Shown: in pieces, positions 59,666 through 64,000 of the stretch
How the letters are laid out: each line of letters opens with the position of its first letter
Numbering within the stretch: position 1 is the first letter of the stretch
Assembly (NCBI GenBank): GCA_012295275.1
Contig: CM022673.1
Coordinates: 28,706,001 to 28,770,000, forward strand
Reading direction: 5' to 3'
DNA length: 64,000 nucleotides
From: Chrysomallon squamiferum
Lineage: Eukaryota > Animalia > Mollusca
Made by a program: the position numbers and the translations under genes
The notes under the pieces: generated by a model
The model's input: the letters and a program-made list of their open reading frames with translations, nothing else
What the model was told of the DNA's origin: nothing
Database searches by the model: none

Positions 59666-62502
59666 ATCATTTCTTAATTTAATAGTATAGACTGGGTTTT
59701 TGGATGAATGACTGGATAAGTGATTAAAAAGCGATGGCGACTGATTAATATTTAATGCGCAATATAAATGCACATACAAAGACATTTTAACACACTTTTC
59801 TTTTTTCTTTTTATTTTCTTTTTTATAAATCTTAAACGCATAAAATTATTTTAAAAATCATTCTGTCTTAGTTTATGCTTAGTAAAAGAATATTTTTGTT
59901 TACTTCTAACATTACTAATACTGGCTACTGTAAAATGATTTTTAAAACCATTTTGTTGTTTCCATACAATATTCCGCAAACATTTAAGTATTAAATGAAA
60001 TCAAAACGATATTTAAAAACAGTGGCGATTAATATTATTATTTTTTTAAATTAGTTGCTCTAAGCAAGTATTAAATGAAGTAAAACTGTTTTTAAAATCA
60101 TTTTGTTCATTTATCTATTCGCCTGAATGAAACCATGTTAACGCTCAAACTAAATTCGATATAATAAGCTTTTATTGTAGATTTTATTAAACTATTGAAA
60201 GTAAATCCAAATTTCTGTTAAATATTCCTCATTATTTTTATTTATTTATTATTAAATATATTTATTATTTTAATAAATCGGCGATTCCCATCTAATAGTG
60301 TTTAATGCGAGATAACTCGTACTTGGAAATTAATTAGGGGGAGGCTGTGTACAAAAAATATTAAAACAACAACAACATAATAATAATAATAATAAAATAA
60401 AGTTTTAATAATAAATATGGCAGCAAAATAATCCGATTCCGTTGAGTTTCACCAATTAAAGGGTTTTCTGGAACAATGAAATAAAGACTTAAATGCAATA
60501 ATTGTAATTATTTGTATTTTTGTCGTAGCCAGTACGTGTCAATAAATCAAAATGGCGAAAACGTTCGCGGAACTTAACAAAAAAAATCCATTTCACAATG
60601 TATTTAAGCCTTCCCCTTTCTTATTTTCGTTGTTCAGCTTTTACCTTTTCAATAATATATCAGTTTATATAATTATGGTGATTCTTTCCTCAACCCTTAT
60701 GCATGAACTGGTGTTTATAAAAATATCTATCCACTCACATCGAGGACAAGATTAAAATAAAGATTAATATGTTAACGCTTAAAGGATCAAGACGCCTAAG
60801 TTACAAGTCATTCCAGCCACAAATCCTGTGAAGTCCTTTAATACAGTTCCGCTTCAGGAAATTTCTGTTGCTACAGATTAACGGTGTTAACGTATAGGAA
60901 GTCTGACAAATGGGAGGGCATCACGTCGTTTACGTATACATTGTATACTGACAGAAAGGTACAGGTATCAACAACAATCATCAGAAACAGTTATCAGATC
61001 AGAGCTCTGCTGAAGTTTATTTGACAGTTCTACAGCGGATGTGAAATAATACAACAATGTAAAATATACTTGACAATTGCTTTTGTATTGTAAAACTGAA
61101 AGTTAATTTAAAAAGAAAAGGAAATTAATCTTAGTTGTAAACAGTTGCATATGTGTTTACATAAATAATATAAAAAATAATTTTGTTTAAAAATTATATA
61201 CATTCAATTTCAAAACTTAAAGTAGCAATAAAACTAAAATTGAAATTTGTTCTTTTTTTAATTCTTTTTTTGTTATTACCTTCGAGTGATAATGGGGAAA
61301 AAAATGTTTTGATTATTCATTGTAATTCAGTTAAGGAACTGTTTTGGCATTTATCATAGAAACAGTTTTGGCAACATTATAAAACTGATATTTGAAATTA
61401 TCACCAACATTCTTTTTGAACAGTGTACAAAAACTTCAGTTAAAAAATGTACCATGTCTTCAGTTTGAGAGAAAGTACATACACACATAGAAGAATTTTT
61501 TGTCAGTTAGCCCAAACCACAATCACTCTGTAATATGCATTTAATAAACAAACCAGAAATCACTATTTTAAATCTGAATTAGTAAAATGGAAATATTAAT
61601 TCTTATGAAAATTTAAATTAATTATAACAAGATATTTATATTGTTCACCAACAAATCTGTATAACAGTTTATCAAATGCACTGATTAAAATATATACAAA
61701 AAAAACAATTAAATCAGCAGTTATGAATATGTAAACGTCATGGATATTCAAATTAATGTTATTTAAGTAACTTCATTGAAATTTATAAATTTATAAAAAG
61801 GAAAAAATAAAAATCACAGCTATAACAAGTGCTATAATATACTGACACAATCAAAAGTGTTTTCAATAAATGTAAAATTTAGAAAACTTATAAATTGCTG
61901 ATTATTACATATATTAATTGTTCCCTATTATATAACCAATGTAAAGTCTTCAACACAAAAGGGAAAACGTCCACTTCCACACACAAGCTTGTTATTTTAT
62001 TGCTACATTTTATTATTATGAAAGATAGTAGTAAAGAGAAAACAATGAAAAAAAAATATGCACAAAAATACTTTCAGCCCGATTGCTCAAATCTTCAAAG
62101 GGAGACATTAAATTCTCTACATCACAGGAGAATACAGTTTATTTCTTCCCTTTAAAAATGATGTGTATTCAGTTCAACAGTTATGTCACACTGTCTTTCA
62201 GTCTGGATAGGGTTATTTCTAAATGCACTTCACAACAGATTATTAAAAAAAAACACATAAAATTCCATTATCAGATAAAATCTTGGTTTTGATGGAGGGG
62301 GGCTTTCCCTCATTGTGTAGCTTTTTGTACTCTGATGAAAAAACCTGGTTGATTTTTTTTTTTTTTTTTACCTCTGCAGGAGTAAAACATCAATAAATGA
62401 AGATGTATTTTCAGCTGGTGTTTATGCTTTAGAAATACTGAATATGTCAATCTGGATTTCTGAATATGTCCTTGCTAAGAAAACCATAGTTTCACTGAGT
62501 TC

Positions 62503-63915
<1,413 letters not shown>

Positions 63916-64000
63916 CTACAAAGACATCAGATTATGTATTTCACAAACAACTATAACTTTTTCCTGTACAGGTTGAGAATCCTTTATCTGGAATGCTTGG

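Overview
AT-rich, microsatellite-dense animal genomic DNA with spliceosomal introns; the Hv3-type proton channel and repeat content suggest a mollusc, probably a gastropod (inference). Most ORF-track entries are microsatellite artefacts. By reading splice sites and phases I reconstructed six genes. (1) The 3' part of a voltage-gated proton channel of the molluscan Hv3 type (S4 = LPWRxxR; + strand, 9383-20340), whose long tail is built from RxxS repeats and ends in a PP1-type RVxF motif. (2) A 9-exon SPATA48 (-). (3) A 6-exon CCDC153/DRC12 (-). (4) A 4-exon RDH/HSD17B6-like SDR (+) with one frameshift. (5) A 6-exon isopentenyl phosphate kinase (-). (6) The last exons of an unidentified acidic protein (-). 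Also present: a tRNA-Lys(CTT) gene split in the D-loop by a 235-nt poly(A)-tailed insertion, a decayed Academ-like DNA transposon with TIRs, an R4/Dong-like LINE remnant at a (TAA)n tract, and a 30-bp minisatellite that repeats a splice donor about 20 times. Family assignments rest on recalled motifs, not database searches.
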